Shown: positions 12,896-26,170, counted from the stretch's first letter. The stretch: 64,000 bases of DNA from Rhynchobatus australiae (GCA_034780895.1 JAUZTB010000042.1:13876174-13940173); one strand, 5' to 3'. A program made the numbers and translations. The notes: a model not told the origin generated them from the sequence alone.

Positions 12896-13334
12896 CTAAA
12901 ATGTAATTTAATAAATATCTTCTTGTAAGTTAAATATCAATAATAATAAATATTGATATCCACACGATACAATGTAATGTTGGCCCCCATGTTATATTAA
13001 TGGATAACACAAGTTCTTTCATAGCTGTGACTGCTTAATATGTTTCAGGCATCATTGTTATGCTTTGCAATTCTGCTAGTAAGCTGTACTCAACAGTATT
13101 TCATGTTGGAAACTCATGCACACCAAAGATCTTACACGGTGCTTGAATGGATTTCCCATGTGACCTCTGCTGGGAAAGCAAACCACAAGATTTAGTCTCA
13201 CACTCCAGCATTAAGTGCAACAAAACCCATGCAGATCTGCTAAGTTTCCAGAATTTCCTTTATATCCTGGAAGCTCTAAGATATCACTAAGAGCAACACA
13301 CAGAGAGATCAGAAAGACTATGAACTGATGTAGG

Positions 13335-13483
13335 ACTTACCATTCCTTCAGAGAGATACGAAGTGCTTTCTGGGGAACTGATTATTGTTGAAATGTAGTC
13401 ACAGTTATTCACGTTAGAAGAATCATTGCTAAATTGAGCACAGCAAGCTCCCACAACTAGCGTCAGGGTAATGATCAGATAAT
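13335..13483 (-). mobile_element. DeuSINE 3' fragment
   Basis: gaagtgcttt...ttgaaatgtagtcacagtt...gctaaattgagcacagcaagctcccacaa...aatgatcagataat. Confidence 0.5.
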
Positions 13484-15902
13484 AAACATGACAAAAATTT
13501 GAGATATGAAACTGACAAAGTTAAGTTCTGTTTAACTGATTAATGCTCAAACACTCCTCTAAAAGCCTCCCTGGAAAAAAGCTTTTCGATTCGTTTTCAT
13601 TTATAAAACTCAAATTACTACTTATTTAATTAATAATTAATACAAATCTTTTGTGTGCTTCATCAGCTAAATTACATCCCCATTCCTAGATATTTATTTT
13701 TTATTGTTATGAATTAATATAATTAAATGAAAAATTAGCAACAGAGAAGTGGTATTGTTGGTTCATGTACATTATTTATAATTTATGGAGAGGTCACAAG
13801 CAATATATGGTCTGTTTCCAAGAGGCAACGCATTGTCCTGAGACAATAGTATTCAAAAACTTTTTCAGACTTTATTGGGGTTGGGTGGAAGTGCTGATGT
13901 TGTAAACCCAATAGTTCACTTTGAAGTGCTGGATATATTCAATGCCTGTGGATATACTACCCAGTTATCAATTAATTAATGTCTATGTTATTTCATTCTT
14001 AAAGTATGGGAATGTGGAAATTTTGCTCTCTGAAAGATAAGTTTTTAAGAACCAGGATAAAAGTAAAACTTGTCGGTGGGAGCGGCCAGTGCATTCGACT
14101 TGATAATCAATCTTGTAATGACTGCTTTTAAGAAATTCTGCACATGTTGGGACATCCCGATACAAGTGCTAGGTGCTCTCAGATACCCTGCCACAGGGCT
14201 AATTCTTCAAATATTAATCTGGACAGAGAGTGTCAATCAGCTATTCAGCTGTAGGGACCATCATCATCAAGCCTAATCCTGCCCCTGTCAAATAGACATC
14301 CAGCTAAGGGCAACTGGTTAGTGATCAGAACCAGTGAACAATAGCTGATTTATTATTCCCTCCTTAAGCTGGTGATTCTGAGACCTCTTCCAACTTCCAG
14401 TTAAGATCAGCAAATCCAACACTGATCTGCAATCTTGCTCATCTGCATGAGTCCCAGTCAGATGAGATATTTAATCCTGATTTGATAGAATCGCCAGGCT
14501 AACTTAGTCAAACATGACTCTAGTCTTCAATTTAATTGGAAATGAAATGTGGTTTGAACAATATGAAAGCCATATGGTTATGACCAGTGATGTATTTTTT
14601 TATGTAGCTAATGATGTAAAACCATGGTTTGTGCAACCCACGATTTCAGAGCAGATTGATGTACATAACATTGTTAGCCCTTTTTTAAATCATTTAGGAT
14701 GCAGGGAATGCATAAACTAATCATCTGCCATTACAGAGTCTGTATAAGTGGAAGAAAATTTGTTATGCACAAGCTACTTTCAAAGAAGAGGCTCAGATTG
14801 CATGCGAAATGACAAGAACAATATTCTTACACAGTTGCCTTAAAATCAATTTGAAGGAATATTTCAACAAAATTGCAAACAAATTAAAAGAGAATGAAAC
14901 AGGAAGTCATAAATTTAGGGCTTTAATCTAATTGAAGGGATTCAAATACATCATAGTAGTCATTAAAAAGCTTGCAAGTTTATAATAGCCATCTAAACCC
15001 CAGCACATGAGGAATCCATTTTTTTTACCATTTCACATCTGTGAAAGCCGGATTTTATACTATGCTTTGGTTTGGTTTATTACACTGTAAATAAATTATT
15101 TCCAGGTCTGGTATAATTATCACCAATTCTATTCAGCTGGTTATATTTTGCTTTTCAATTACACAGGATATTGTTTCTTAGATAGCTACAAATCTGTTCA
15201 ACACAATTAATAGATGCTGAAACAGAATTATGAGCTTGGCCAGTCTGGTTGCAATGATGTCATAAATTCCAGAACTTTTTTTTTAAATTGAGCTGAACAC
15301 CAATACTTTGGTACCAAGTTTGTCTCAGTTTTCGTGTTGATATTAATCAGGACATGTATTGATTTTAAGATGTACTGTGTATGATTAGAACTAAATGTCT
15401 CAGTTAACAGTTGGTGGGCAGGTAGAGGGAGAGCCCATTCCTACTGGCACACATTGCTTCTCAAACTATGTGATTCAGTTATGAGAAAATTGGGAAAAAT
15501 AATGGACAGAGAATTGAGAAGTGAAGATCTGTGTAATTGCTGAATTGTGCAAGGTAAAATTTGAATTTGCAAAAACAGACAGGTCAGTACATTTGACTGG
15601 ATTCAAACTCTGCTGAATTTTGAAAGCCAGACTAAAGGATGGCTTGCAAGGTTGAGTGCAGGTCAGATGTGCCCAATAATCTCCTTTTAATTCAAATGTT
15701 TTCCTGCCTGTAAAAGAGAACCTGTCTGGTGAATGAACTCATTGGGTTACAAACTCTAACACCAAAGGAAAATAAAAACTAAATTGGTTCACATCTTTGC
15801 TTTTCTGCTGGTGCAGTTTAACTCCTTTTGTTCTGGGCACCTTGATCAGAATTCAGTCTTGGTTATGTACATTAAGCTGCAAAGTATTCACCCGAGGCAA
15901 AG

Positions 15903-16318
15903 GGGTTAAAACCCCAGTCTTGTCAGGAATTTCTTGCTTGCAAGTAAGAAATTCCTGATGGCCAACATCAGGCATGAAATATACTGACCAGTTAAAAGCT
16001 TTTTCCTACATTTAAAATGCATGGTTCCCTGGACTGAAGCTGCTGTCATCGGAGTTGACAAAGCGCACAGGACACGAGTTTTGTCTGCCATCATCCTAGG
16101 GATGAAATCCCTTCAATCACTAATTTGACCAAAACAAAAGTGTACAGACAAAATAATTATCCTGTTCTGTATTTCTTTCAAATCACTGACTGAAAGAATT
16201 TCACCGCTCCTGAGACTCTGCTTTGTGAGCCAGCAGGATCTTTGATCTCCAGTGTTTGTCAACAGGAATTTCTCATTTACAAGTGAGGAATTCCTGATGA
16301 TACTGAGCCTTTTAACAG
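15903..16318. mobile_element. Putative MITE/foldback element with ~65-bp imperfect terminal inverted repeats containing internal palindromes
   Basis: Left end gttaaaaccccagtcttgtcaggaatttcttgcttgcaagtaagaaattcctgatggccaaca aligns with the reverse complement of the right end, gttaaaaggctcagtatcatcaggaattcctcacttgtaaatgagaaattcctgttgacaaaca. Confidence 0.7.
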
Positions 16319-17229
16319 ATTTCCCTAATACAGGCATGTAAAACCATTTCTGTTCATTTCTCAATTGCAACGTGTTTGTTTAGGACTAAGTGGCAATGGT
16401 TTAATTTTGTCATTTTTCATTCCCTTTATTAATGCGCTGTTTTAATTGGAATTTTTTTTTGCCTCAGCTGTGTGTTTTGAGTGGGCTGGGAATGATGGGA
16501 GAGGTTATAAGCAGTCTAGACTCCCCATTGACTCTGAAAAGGGTGTAGACGTTACACAGCGTCAATTAGCAGTTTACAAAGTTAATCCTTTGTACAAACA
16601 AAAGATTTCAGGAGGTCAGTGTGTGATCATTAAAAGCATTATCTGATGACCATAAAGGATAAAAGGAATGAAAGCCATGAAGAAAGTTTTGGTTTGCTAC
16701 CTTCACAAACAGATTCCCTTTAAAACAAGTATTGTACATATCTATTTTAAAACTTTGCCACACATTTTATGTATTTCAGTTAATTTACAGCTATAAAATA
16801 TGGACCAGTAAAGTGCAGGTGTTTTTGTATTTTATCATGATGCTTCATGAGCAGCATTAAAACAATGGCAGGCATGGTGAGAAATTGCCAATACATGCAC
16901 GTTTTAATACATTATTCAGCCATATTCATGAAAATATAAACACAAAGCTGTTATTATGTGCATCTTTGAAGAAGCAACGATGGATAGATTGAACATACCG
17001 GACTGGATCTGAACTGGGAGGCCTGGAAATTATGTGCATCTTGTTTAGTTGCTGCGACAGATAGTTGATTTCATTGAATCTGAATTGACCATTAAAATCA
17101 GATTGCATATTTCAGAATGATTACATTGAAATTCATGCTCATTTTTTATGATGTTTTCAGAGCAAAACCAAACATTTTTAGACCACAGTGATATGTTTGT
17201 ATTTAATAAGATGAGGATCTCCCTTTACC

Positions 17230-18450
17230 TCTCAGCCTTCCCTAGTTAATGATCCTATGATCACCTAGTCCACAGTCCCACCTACTATTGCTCCTCCAGT
17301 CTCTCCTCCCTCCTGCCTATCTGGAATTTTCCTTATTGAAATAGTTCCCTTTGGGCTCCTCATCCTGCCCAGCTGTAGAAGGTCCATTGGTTGCACTCCC
17401 AGAAGTGACCCTAAGCAACCTTTTGCTCTTCCCAAAGATATTTTCCCCACACTCCTCACTCTTCTGGATGAAAGCATGTGCACCTCTCCTCCATCCCACT
17501 CCTTCAGAGCACCGCCTTATTAGCCTATCCAGTGAGTTCCCGATTATCCCACACAACCCATTCCCTGAATGAGTGTTCACACCTATACTCTGCACTGCTC
17601 TGAAAATATTTGCAATGGTTGCATGGCACTCGAGATCCCACATCGATCTGTTCCTTCAGATCATGTTCCTTTTTTGACATCCCTATTACGCAATTAAAAT
17701 GTGGTTATCCCCCAACTTCACCTTTCTGCCACCGTTCCTCCTTCACCACGGACCCAGGTCACAGGATGCCTTTCTCATTGAAATCTTCTTTCCCAATACA
17801 GAATTCCAAACTGACAAACTCCTTACTTTCAGTGATTTCAGGGCACATCCTTGCTCAACTCCACCAATGGCCTTGCCTTGTTTGCCTCCCTCAGCCAAAC
17901 TTCCTGACTCCCATTTGCCATCGCGTGACTTGTGATCAGAGTTAGACTTCACAATTCTGAACTCTCTATTGGACTCTTCCTCATCCTGTCCAGGAGTCAT
18001 CATGCCAGTTTCTTTCCTGATACATTCCTGTTCCAACTCCTAATGACTCTATTCAGAGTCCCAGTATCGTCCATGTTAATAATCTGCCTCTTGTATTTCA
18101 CTTGCCCATGCCATCATTTCCTTATGAAATCCATTCTGCTAAGCGGTCTAATTGCCACTGTATTTCAAGTGTTCTGAAGAACGTTCCGTTACCTAAAACT
18201 TAAACTCCACTTCTTCCCTGGTCTACCCATAATACTGGTAAACAAAATCACAATTGTCCACCCTTTAGTGACTCTAATAATAGTGGCATCTCATCCTTCT
18301 CAACTTTTTGACCACCTTCATTGATGATCTCTCTATATTCCTCTGATGTCTCTAGACTGCAGTCTATTTGCATTACATTGCAGTTCACTGAATCTGACTT
18401 GCGACACAGGACTAACTTCCCATCTCTGAAACTTCCTCTTCTACCTGCAG
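17230..18450 (+). mobile_element. Degenerate L2-like LINE ORF2 fragment
   Basis: C/T-rich plus strand typical of L2; ctcatccttctcaactttttgacc (~18290) resembles a decayed LILLDLSAAFD RT motif. Confidence 0.45.
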
Positions 18451-18779
18451 AATCACCTCTATTGTACCCAAAAGATCTTGTTCTTCATTATTTATTCACT
18501 GAAGTGTATAAAAGTGCAAGTGTGGCTTCAGAACTGGTATCGTGTGGTATAACTTTTGATACATTGTGATCGCGTGCACTGTTGTGTGTTCAGAAACACT
18601 GCCTACAATAACAGAGATTCTGTTCATAGTTCGACTATGATTTACTTATGCAAGCAGCAACACAAAAGATCCTACAGATGCTACTCTAGCAGGGAGTTTG
18701 GAATATTTGTGCTTCAGGGGGCAGCAGGATAGTGATTAAGTTCGAAGAGCCAGCAAGCGAGGTTCTCTAAGAGGACTAA

Positions 18780-20260
18780 TGATGAAAGCAGGAACCATGT
18801 GGTGGATATACTGGAGAGCTTGAGAGAGATCAGTGAGCTCAGCCAGTTATCCTGTATGTGGAAATCTTCCTGAAGGCAAATAATACTGTTAAGCTCAGGG
18901 CAGGACACAGGACAGAGAAACATGGTCATGTGGGAGAAGAAGAAGGTGAGAGGGTCAAAATTATCTACGAAAGCCATGTGGTTTCCCACATGGACATAGT
19001 GAAAATCTTGAGGGGACATCTTAGTTCAACACTTTCAAAGATTTTAAAGAACTGTAACCAGGGACCAGATGAAATGATTTATGCATATGTAGTCACGTTG
19101 AGGTTAAAAGGTTTAATTTTCAGAGCTTTTTAGCTTGGCCATTGAGTGAGGACTGACATATGAAAGAATTGAGGAAAAAAAAGCTATTGTTTACAATGGA
19201 TATAATATTTGAGGGAATGTGTGGAATAGCTGTCAGATTCATCCTCAGAAACTCAATTCTATTGAAGTTAGTGGAACCAGATTTCAGAAGTAGAGTCCAA
19301 CATACACAGTATGCACAATTATATAAGCTTGCATGTAACTGCATTTAACAGAGTTTAACCCAATGGTTTATACAAAATGAACCTGGGAAGTTTTTAATCC
19401 AGATTTTTATTCACCCTCTAGCATTGCTATTTTGAAACTAATTGGAAATCAAGTTAGAAAGATCACAAATTTACTGGCATGAAAAGTTAAAATAGATTGG
19501 GAGTAGGAGTTACTCTGAGGATTTGGGTGAAGGCCATCGATGAACAGAGGAGAAGAATTGACTACACTGTCCCTACTTGAGAGACCTTAATGTTGATATT
19601 GGATAACTGAGATCAGGAGACTTTATTTATCAGCACTAATCTCACCTGTTCCAAAAAAAACCTGACAAAAATAGCTGGAGATGGTCACCTGGTGCAACAG
19701 GATCATGTCGAGGTTAAGATATTGTGTGGCTGGCAAATTGCAGAAATATCTGAATTTATTATACTTGTTGAAATTCCCATCTTTAGGTTAACAAAATTTA
19801 AGCTTTGTTATTGGTCCTTTTAAAATGGAGTTGAGATAATGATGTATCAATCCTCAATGTGTCTGCTGCCATGCAGTTGGTACCAAACCAGGAAGTAAAA
19901 TGATGAAAGAGTCGGCTGTATTTAAATGCCATGGATAGATGATCTGAAATTCCTTTCAGTTTGTCACATGATGTTGTACCTCCCCATTGATTCTTTAGTG
20001 TCTTGGAACCAATGACTGGGGAGTCAGCGCAACAACATGTACTGTCCTTTCATGAGCTTGTTTTGCTGCTGTAAACCATTTGGAACTCTCAAGTAAGTCC
20101 CCAGCTTGGAATATTCTGCAAGCTGCTTTGCCACAGCACACAATAGCACCATGGAGACATTTGACAATGAAGCTGTGAAAGCATGTTGCAAAATATGAAA
20201 GCATCTATTGCAGAGTTTTGCAACCAACTTTGATTGCTTGCTTTAGGGATCCAACCGGAC
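18780..20260 (+). mobile_element. Heavily decayed Gypsy/Ty3-like LTR retrotransposon internal region (gag, traces of protease and integrase)
   Basis: ORF 18858-19133: EIFLKANNT...DIVKILRGHLS...NCNQGPDEMIYAYVVTLR resembles the gag pattern (E.FF.AN.I; ELVK.L..HF; RNQ.PGESI..YVA.LR); weaker LLGR.WL..IKL-like (~19420-19460) and HPG..KMK.LA-like (~19890) traces. Confidence 0.5.
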
Positions 20261-20809
20261 TAAGCCAGTAGTTAATAGTTTGCCCTTTGTTATGAGTGGG
20301 TGCCCAGGGCAGGCTTCAACAGAATATGCGGTCACTCTGTTCAGGCAGTTGCTGGCTTCCATTGAAACTCCACATCATCAGTTTGATCATGGAGCTCAGG
20401 GATGTATCTTGTTTGTAAATGCGGTTTATTTGTATATTAATTAATCTGATTAACATACTTTACTGATTATGGTCAAGATCTTTAGAAGTATTCAGAACTG
20501 AGAATATTTTTGATTATTAGATTAATATATCAGAATCGGACATATAACATATGATCCTTTCTTGTTGATGTAGGAGAAAATTTTGTAATGTTGACGAAGC
20601 TGACAGATGCTCACTATTAATTCCACTCTAGTTTTAAAATAAACATTGCTTTGAATCCTCTCAACAGCAGACTTCACATTACAAAATGTTTATTGATGAG
20701 AAACCACTGTTCCAAATGATGTAATGTCAATGATGGTGTTGACACTGTACATCTGTCAACATCTGTTACTGACTGAACATACTGTCGTATAAATAGCAAG
20801 CTGCCAAAA

Positions 20810-22190
20810 TACAATAATGTGAGAGGCAGGAGTAGACCATTCAGCCCCTCATGCCTGTCCTGCCATTTAACAAGTTAACGTTCATTCTTTAATTTCGCAC
20901 CGTTTTCCTGCATTGTTCATGTCTCCTCTTTCCCATAATATCCAAAAAATCTATCAATCCCTGCTTTGAATATGAGGCAACAGAACCTCCACAATCCATC
21001 TGTGTAGTGAACTGCCTACTGTTCACTTCAGGTGAACAACTGTAGGCCTACAAAGTTCACTGCCTACTGGGTGAAGAAATTTTTACTCACCTCAGTTCCA
21101 AATGGCAAACACCTTATTTTGAGACAGTGGACCCCTTAGCTCTAAGTACCCCAGGGAAACATCAAACTGCATTTACTTGTCAAGCTGCATTATAAATTTT
21201 GTATGTTTCAAAGAGATTTCGTTCTTTTGAACTGAAGAGTATATTCCCAGTTTATTTGATCTCTTCTCTGAAGGCAGTCCTCCCATTCCAAGAATCAATG
21301 TGGGTAGACTTTGTTTATTTTTGTTCTAATTGTATTTTTTCCTGTGGAAAAAATTGTGTATAATTGATGTTTAATTTATATTTTTTGCGGAATGTTGAGT
21401 ATCTGATGCCAAGTGCCTGTATGCTGCTGCAAGTAAGATTTTCATTGCACCTGTGCATACATGTACTTGTGCATTTGATAATAAACATGACTTTGACACT
21501 CTCCATTGCACTCCCTTTATTGCAAGTGTATACTTCCTTCGATAGGAAGATCAGACCTGGACATACTGTTCAGATGTCATCTCACCTGTGCCCTACTAAT
21601 TGCAGTAAGATGTTTCTATACATATGCAATAAAAGCAAGCATACAGTGTCTTAATAGCTCGCTGCACCTGCAATTTAACATCCAGAGATTCATAAACAAG
21701 GATACCTAGGTCCCCCTGAATACCAACATCTACCTTGCACCATTTAAAAAAATACACCATATATCTGTGGTTTTTTTACTAAAGTGGCTGACCTCTTTTT
21801 TCACATTATAATCCATCTGCCATATCATCACCCATTCAATTAACTTGCCTCTGTCTCCCTGAAGCTTCTCTGCATCCTGAAAGTCCAGCTTTATATGATC
21901 AAAAAATTTGGATATGTTACATTTGCCCTTTCATCCAAATCATTGACATGGATTAGGAACAGGACCTCAGCATGGATCCTCTGGCAACCCACAAGTCACA
22001 GCCTCTCAACCTGAAAACTCCTGTTTATTCTTATGTTCTGCTTGCTGTCCATGGGCCAATTCTCAATCCATGCAAGTATACTACCCCCAATCCTTGCGGT
22101 CTGATTTTGTTTAATAACCTCTTGTGTGGCACTTTACCTTTGTCCGGATTCACCATACCCACTGGTTGCCTTAATGTATCCTGCTAGTTA
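20810..22190 (-). mobile_element. CR1 LINE 3' half (RT to tail), interrupted by insertions
   Basis: Tail gcaggagtagaccattcagcccctc..., antisense ctgggtgaagaaattt, ccacattata-like atccatctgcca, aacctcttgtgtggcacttta (RT FDKVPHKRL antisense). Confidence 0.7.
21312..21498 (+). mobile_element. Short Rex/Babar-like 3'UTR tail inserted into CR1
   Basis: gctgctgcaagtaagattttcattgcacctgtgcatacatgtacttgtgcatttgataataaacatgactttgac; CR1 sequence resumes on both sides. Confidence 0.6.
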
Positions 22191-22290
22191 NNNNNNNNNN
22201 NNNNNNNNNNNNNNNNNNNNNNNNNNNNNNNNNNNNNNNNNNNNNNNNNNNNNNNNNNNNNNNNNNNNNNNNNNNNNNNNNNNNNNNNNN

Positions 22291-22384
22291 GAGAACGTAC
22301 AAACTCCTTACAGACAGCGGCCAGAATTGAACCCGGGTCGCTGGCGCTGTAATAGCGTTACGCTGACTACTATACTACCGTGCC
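22291..22384 (-). mobile_element. Young V-SINE tRNA head (remainder in gap)
   Basis: Minus strand ggcacggtagtatagtagtcagcgtaacgctattacagcgccagcgacccgggttcaattctggccgctgtctgtaaggagtttgtacgttctc. Confidence 0.85.
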
Positions 22385-22769
22385 TTAAAGAATTAAAGAT
22401 AATAATTATTCTTTTAAAAATAATAAACTCAATTAAAACACATTTAATGTGTAAATTAATTATAAATATGAATATTAACTTAAAATAAAAGGAAACAAAT
22501 TACTTACAAGTGAATGAATGAGGCCATGTGGACAAGTAGCTGGGGAGGGGTGGGGCATTATTAAGTGAATCCGATTCCTCAGCTCAGTATGTTTGTGAAG
22601 TGCAAGGCCAGATGCTTCTCTCCACAGGTAGCCTGTGGACTATATGGAACCAGTGGCAATCAATCCATCAGCATATTCCTGCCCATTTCCTGACACAAAC
22701 TTCATGCCAAAACTACCAGCTCCATTTCTCTTTCTGGAAACTGTTTAAGGGCGAACCTCTTCGCTACAT

Positions 22770-23030
22770 TGATGTGATGTTTAACTTGACATGAATTATA
22801 GATCACATATCACTCCACCGCCAGCACTGCCTTTTTACACATCATTCCGTCTCAGTTTAGGACAACACTTGTCCAAGTCTTTGTTGCCTTTAGGCTTGAC
22901 TATTCCATTGGGCTTCTTATCAATTCTCAATAAACTTGATTTTTAATTTTCAACTCACATCACAACTAGTTCACCCAACGCCCAGGTTAAGCTTGGCCTC
23001 AATTTTAAAATTCTCATCCTTGTTTAGAAA
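22770..23030 (+). mobile_element. L2 LINE C-terminal fragment
   Basis: LVQVFVAFRLDYSIGLL (cf. LIHAFVTSRLDYSNALL) and FKILILV motifs. Confidence 0.6.
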
Positions 23031-23959
23031 TTGGAGGTTCACACAGAAATAATTCAGTATCTATCACTTGGCTATTTAACATGATTGGAAGGTCATGTTT
23101 GTAAGCAAATTACTATTCATGATTGTATCAGCACAGTGAAAAGAAGAATCAGGCATGTTAAAAATAATTTTATATTTAAAGAGGTAAAAATTTTAGAATT
23201 ATCAAGCATTCATATAAAACCTAAACAACTTTAATTTGCCTTCTTTTTCTTGGCACTGGCCCAAGTGAACCAGTTTGATTCACAAATTCTATATCCAATT
23301 AGTTTTCAGTAATAATAGTTGACATAGATACTTACATTATTTGGTTAAAAGGAAGGAAAGTGTTGAGAAGATCAAAGTAGCTCACCAAATACCTATAACA
23401 ACAAGGCATATAAAAGCTTGCCATTAGGATATTTATTAGGTTGGTGTCCAACAGTCATCCACTTAGCTGCTGATTCTGAAGAAAATGCCATTAGCAAAAT
23501 TGGCACTATAACTGTACTCATTTTAAAATGATGGCAGTGTGTAGGGTCACCACCATTACCTCTGCAGGGATTAAGTAAACATTTCATATGGCTTATGATT
23601 AATATTGTTAACTAGTTTCATTGTCATAGTTTTAATGATAAGTTAAGAAAGAAAATATATTTCTATTGCCACAATTTTAACTCAAGATTTCAATAGATGT
23701 TTCAGTTACGGGCTGGGTCCTAATGCCTGCAAGCGGTTACTACGCAGGATTGCAAAGATCACCGGGGGAACATTTGAATCTTTCAGTGAAGGTGAACGAT
23801 TACAACCAAAGGTATGTGGCCAATAAGATTAAGTCATAACTTGGGATCACTTTGACTTTGGGGAATAATGTTAAACAGGCAATATGTATCTGGCTGATTA
23901 ACAATTGAAGTTCTTTTTCTTCAATTTTGATTTATAAATGCTGATTTGTTTCAACTCAT

Positions 23960-25750
23960 TATTTACTCAGACTTGTTCTCCTCTACTTCCCAAAGTTTTT
24001 CTATGTCACCTTTTGTGAAGACAGACACAAAATATTTGTTAAATTTCTTTGTCATTTTTTAATTTTCATTCCAATATAATTTCTTGTCTCAGTCTGTTGA
24101 AGATCCATGTCACCTTTTAGTAATCGTTTTCTTTTTATATATCTATGGAAGCACTTGCAGTCTCTTTGTTTCATGTGTATTATTCTATCATTTTGCTTTT
24201 CATTATCAACGTCTTGGTCCTCCGCTGAATTCTGAATTTTTCCCAGTCTTCAGGTTTACTTTTTTTTGCATTCTGTACCTTTTCCTTTAATGTCATCTTT
24301 AACTCCTTTTGTTATCCATGGTTGGACTTCTTTCCCTGTTGGATTTTTGTTTCTTAAATTAATTTATATTTGTTATTAACTATTTATTAATTAACTGAAT
24401 GTTTGCCATTGCTCGTTTACTGTCATACATTTTAATCTACCACATCCAATTTATACCTTGTATCTTGGTGGTTTGTTTCATTCAGATTTAAGAACTTGCT
24501 TTCAGTTTGAACTAAATCGCTTTGAAACTTGGATAAAGTTAGATCTGGATTTTCCCCTTAATCCCCATACCCATCAGATTATTAAATAACCCTTGTAAAA
24601 TGTGAGATCTAAAAAACTTGTTCATTCATTGGTTCTTCAATGTACTGATCTATATTTCATATACTTCATGATTTTTTTTCTCCAGGCCATTACTGATTAT
24701 TTAACTTGCCTCATCTATTTGTAGATTAAAATCCTATGATTATTAAATCTCTAGTGCATCTCTGCTTTCCTGCTTTATGCTACTTGGGGACCAATCGACA
24801 AATACCACCAATATTTTCCTCCTTTTTTGCTGTTTCTTAGCTCCCATTCAAACTAATCCTGCTTCTTGATTTTCTGAGCTATGATATTTTCTACTGACTT
24901 TATCCATTTTTTTCTTATCTCAGCTACTCCTCCTTTTCTATTTTGATGATTTCTTTAAGGTAAGTAACCTGGAATATTTAAATCCCAACTTTGATTACCT
25001 TGCAATCACATCTTTGTAATGACTATTGCATTGCACCCATTTATTTCTATTTGTGCATTAATTTGGCTTTGTTCTTATTGTTTTATTATTTTTACCTTTT
25101 ACTATTTTCCTTGCTCTCACACTAACTATGAGTATACTCGTATGTCTGTTTGCCTGACAGACCCTGCTTATCATTTCCCATTTTTCTAGCACCTTGTCCT
25201 TTCTCTAACTTTTTTCAATTTTCTTCACCAGAATCATTTCTATAACTCTCCCACAGCTCCCTGCCAATATTTAGTTTAAAATCTTATCTGCAGCTCTATT
25301 TATTTAATTCACTGGGACACTAGTCCCAGCTTGATTTAAGTGAAGCCCATCCAACAAAACAATTCTCTCTTTTCCCAGTACTGGTACCAGTGCCCAGAAA
25401 TTGAAATTCATTTCTCCCACCACGTCTTTAAGCCATGCATTCAGTTCTCTGATCTTGTTTCCCCTATGCTAGTTTGCAGGTGTTCCTGATAGTTAAATGG
25501 AGATTACAGTATTACCTTGGTGGTTCTGCTTTTAATTTGGCCTCAGGATGCTCACACCCATTTGCAAAACCTCCTTAACTCTGTCTATATCGTTGGTTCC
25601 CACATGGACCACAACAACTGGGTCTTCCCCCTCATTCTCCAAATTCCTCACCAGCTATGAGGAGTTGTACGTGGCAAGCAACACAACCTTTGGGACTCAG
25701 GCTCTTAGCTGCAGAGAACAGAATCTGTTTCCCTTATTGTGTAGTTATCT
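23960..25750 (-). mobile_element. Degenerate CR1 LINE 5' part: ORF1 SGNH-esterase domain and start of ORF2
   Basis: Minus strand EGEDPVVVVHVGTNDID (GTND at 25589-25600) and DGLHLNQAGTSV (25334-25351), the CR1 ORF1 esterase motifs; T-rich antisense ORF2 downstream. Confidence 0.75.
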
Positions 25751-25959
25751 GTTGGTCTCGCTCTCATTACTTTTTATCTCAAGCTTAAACATGTCTACAT
25801 TTCTCCCAGATTTTCCTGGCACTTGTGGATTTGTGAATTCTTTTCTCCTCCCTGGGTGTTATTCCCTGCCTCTCCTTCTCTAACTCCCTCATATCAAATT
25901 ACACATCAGCACTTGTAATCCACATGGAGGTTGATGAGGACAGCCATCTCAACTACTAA

Positions 25960-26170
25960 AGAAAGAAAGCCTTCCACTTAAATAGTGTCTTCTCTTCTGG
26001 GGCATCCAACAGATTTTTTTTCGAGCCAATAGTGTATTTTGAAATATTGTCACAACGGTACTGTTTGGAAAAAGGCCATCCATTTGTAGCCATCAAGCTC
26101 CCTCAAACAGACCTGCTTCTGTAGTGTTGAATGAACTGATAAACGTTGGTCAGGGCACCTTGAAGAAATT
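25960..26170 (-). mobile_element. DeuSINE 3' fragment
   Basis: aagaaagccttccacttaaatagtgtctt...ggcatccaa...gccaatagtgtattttgaaatattgtcac...caagctccctcaaacag...gataaacgttggtcagggcacc. Confidence 0.5.

Noticed and set aside
14230-14480. 11-bp inverted repeat aatcagctatt/aatagctgatt
   Set aside because: Short, widely spaced and probably part of a decayed SINE-like repeat; not enough support for a separate call
17265-18177. Cluster of overlapping 70-110-aa ORFs
   Set aside because: A by-product of C/T-skewed decayed L2-like sequence; no coherent protein or splice structure
18974-18993. Small hairpins such as ccatgtgg-tttc-ccacatgg and tgttgaca...tgtcaaca (~20738-20761)
   Set aside because: 8-bp stems are expected by chance in 64 kb
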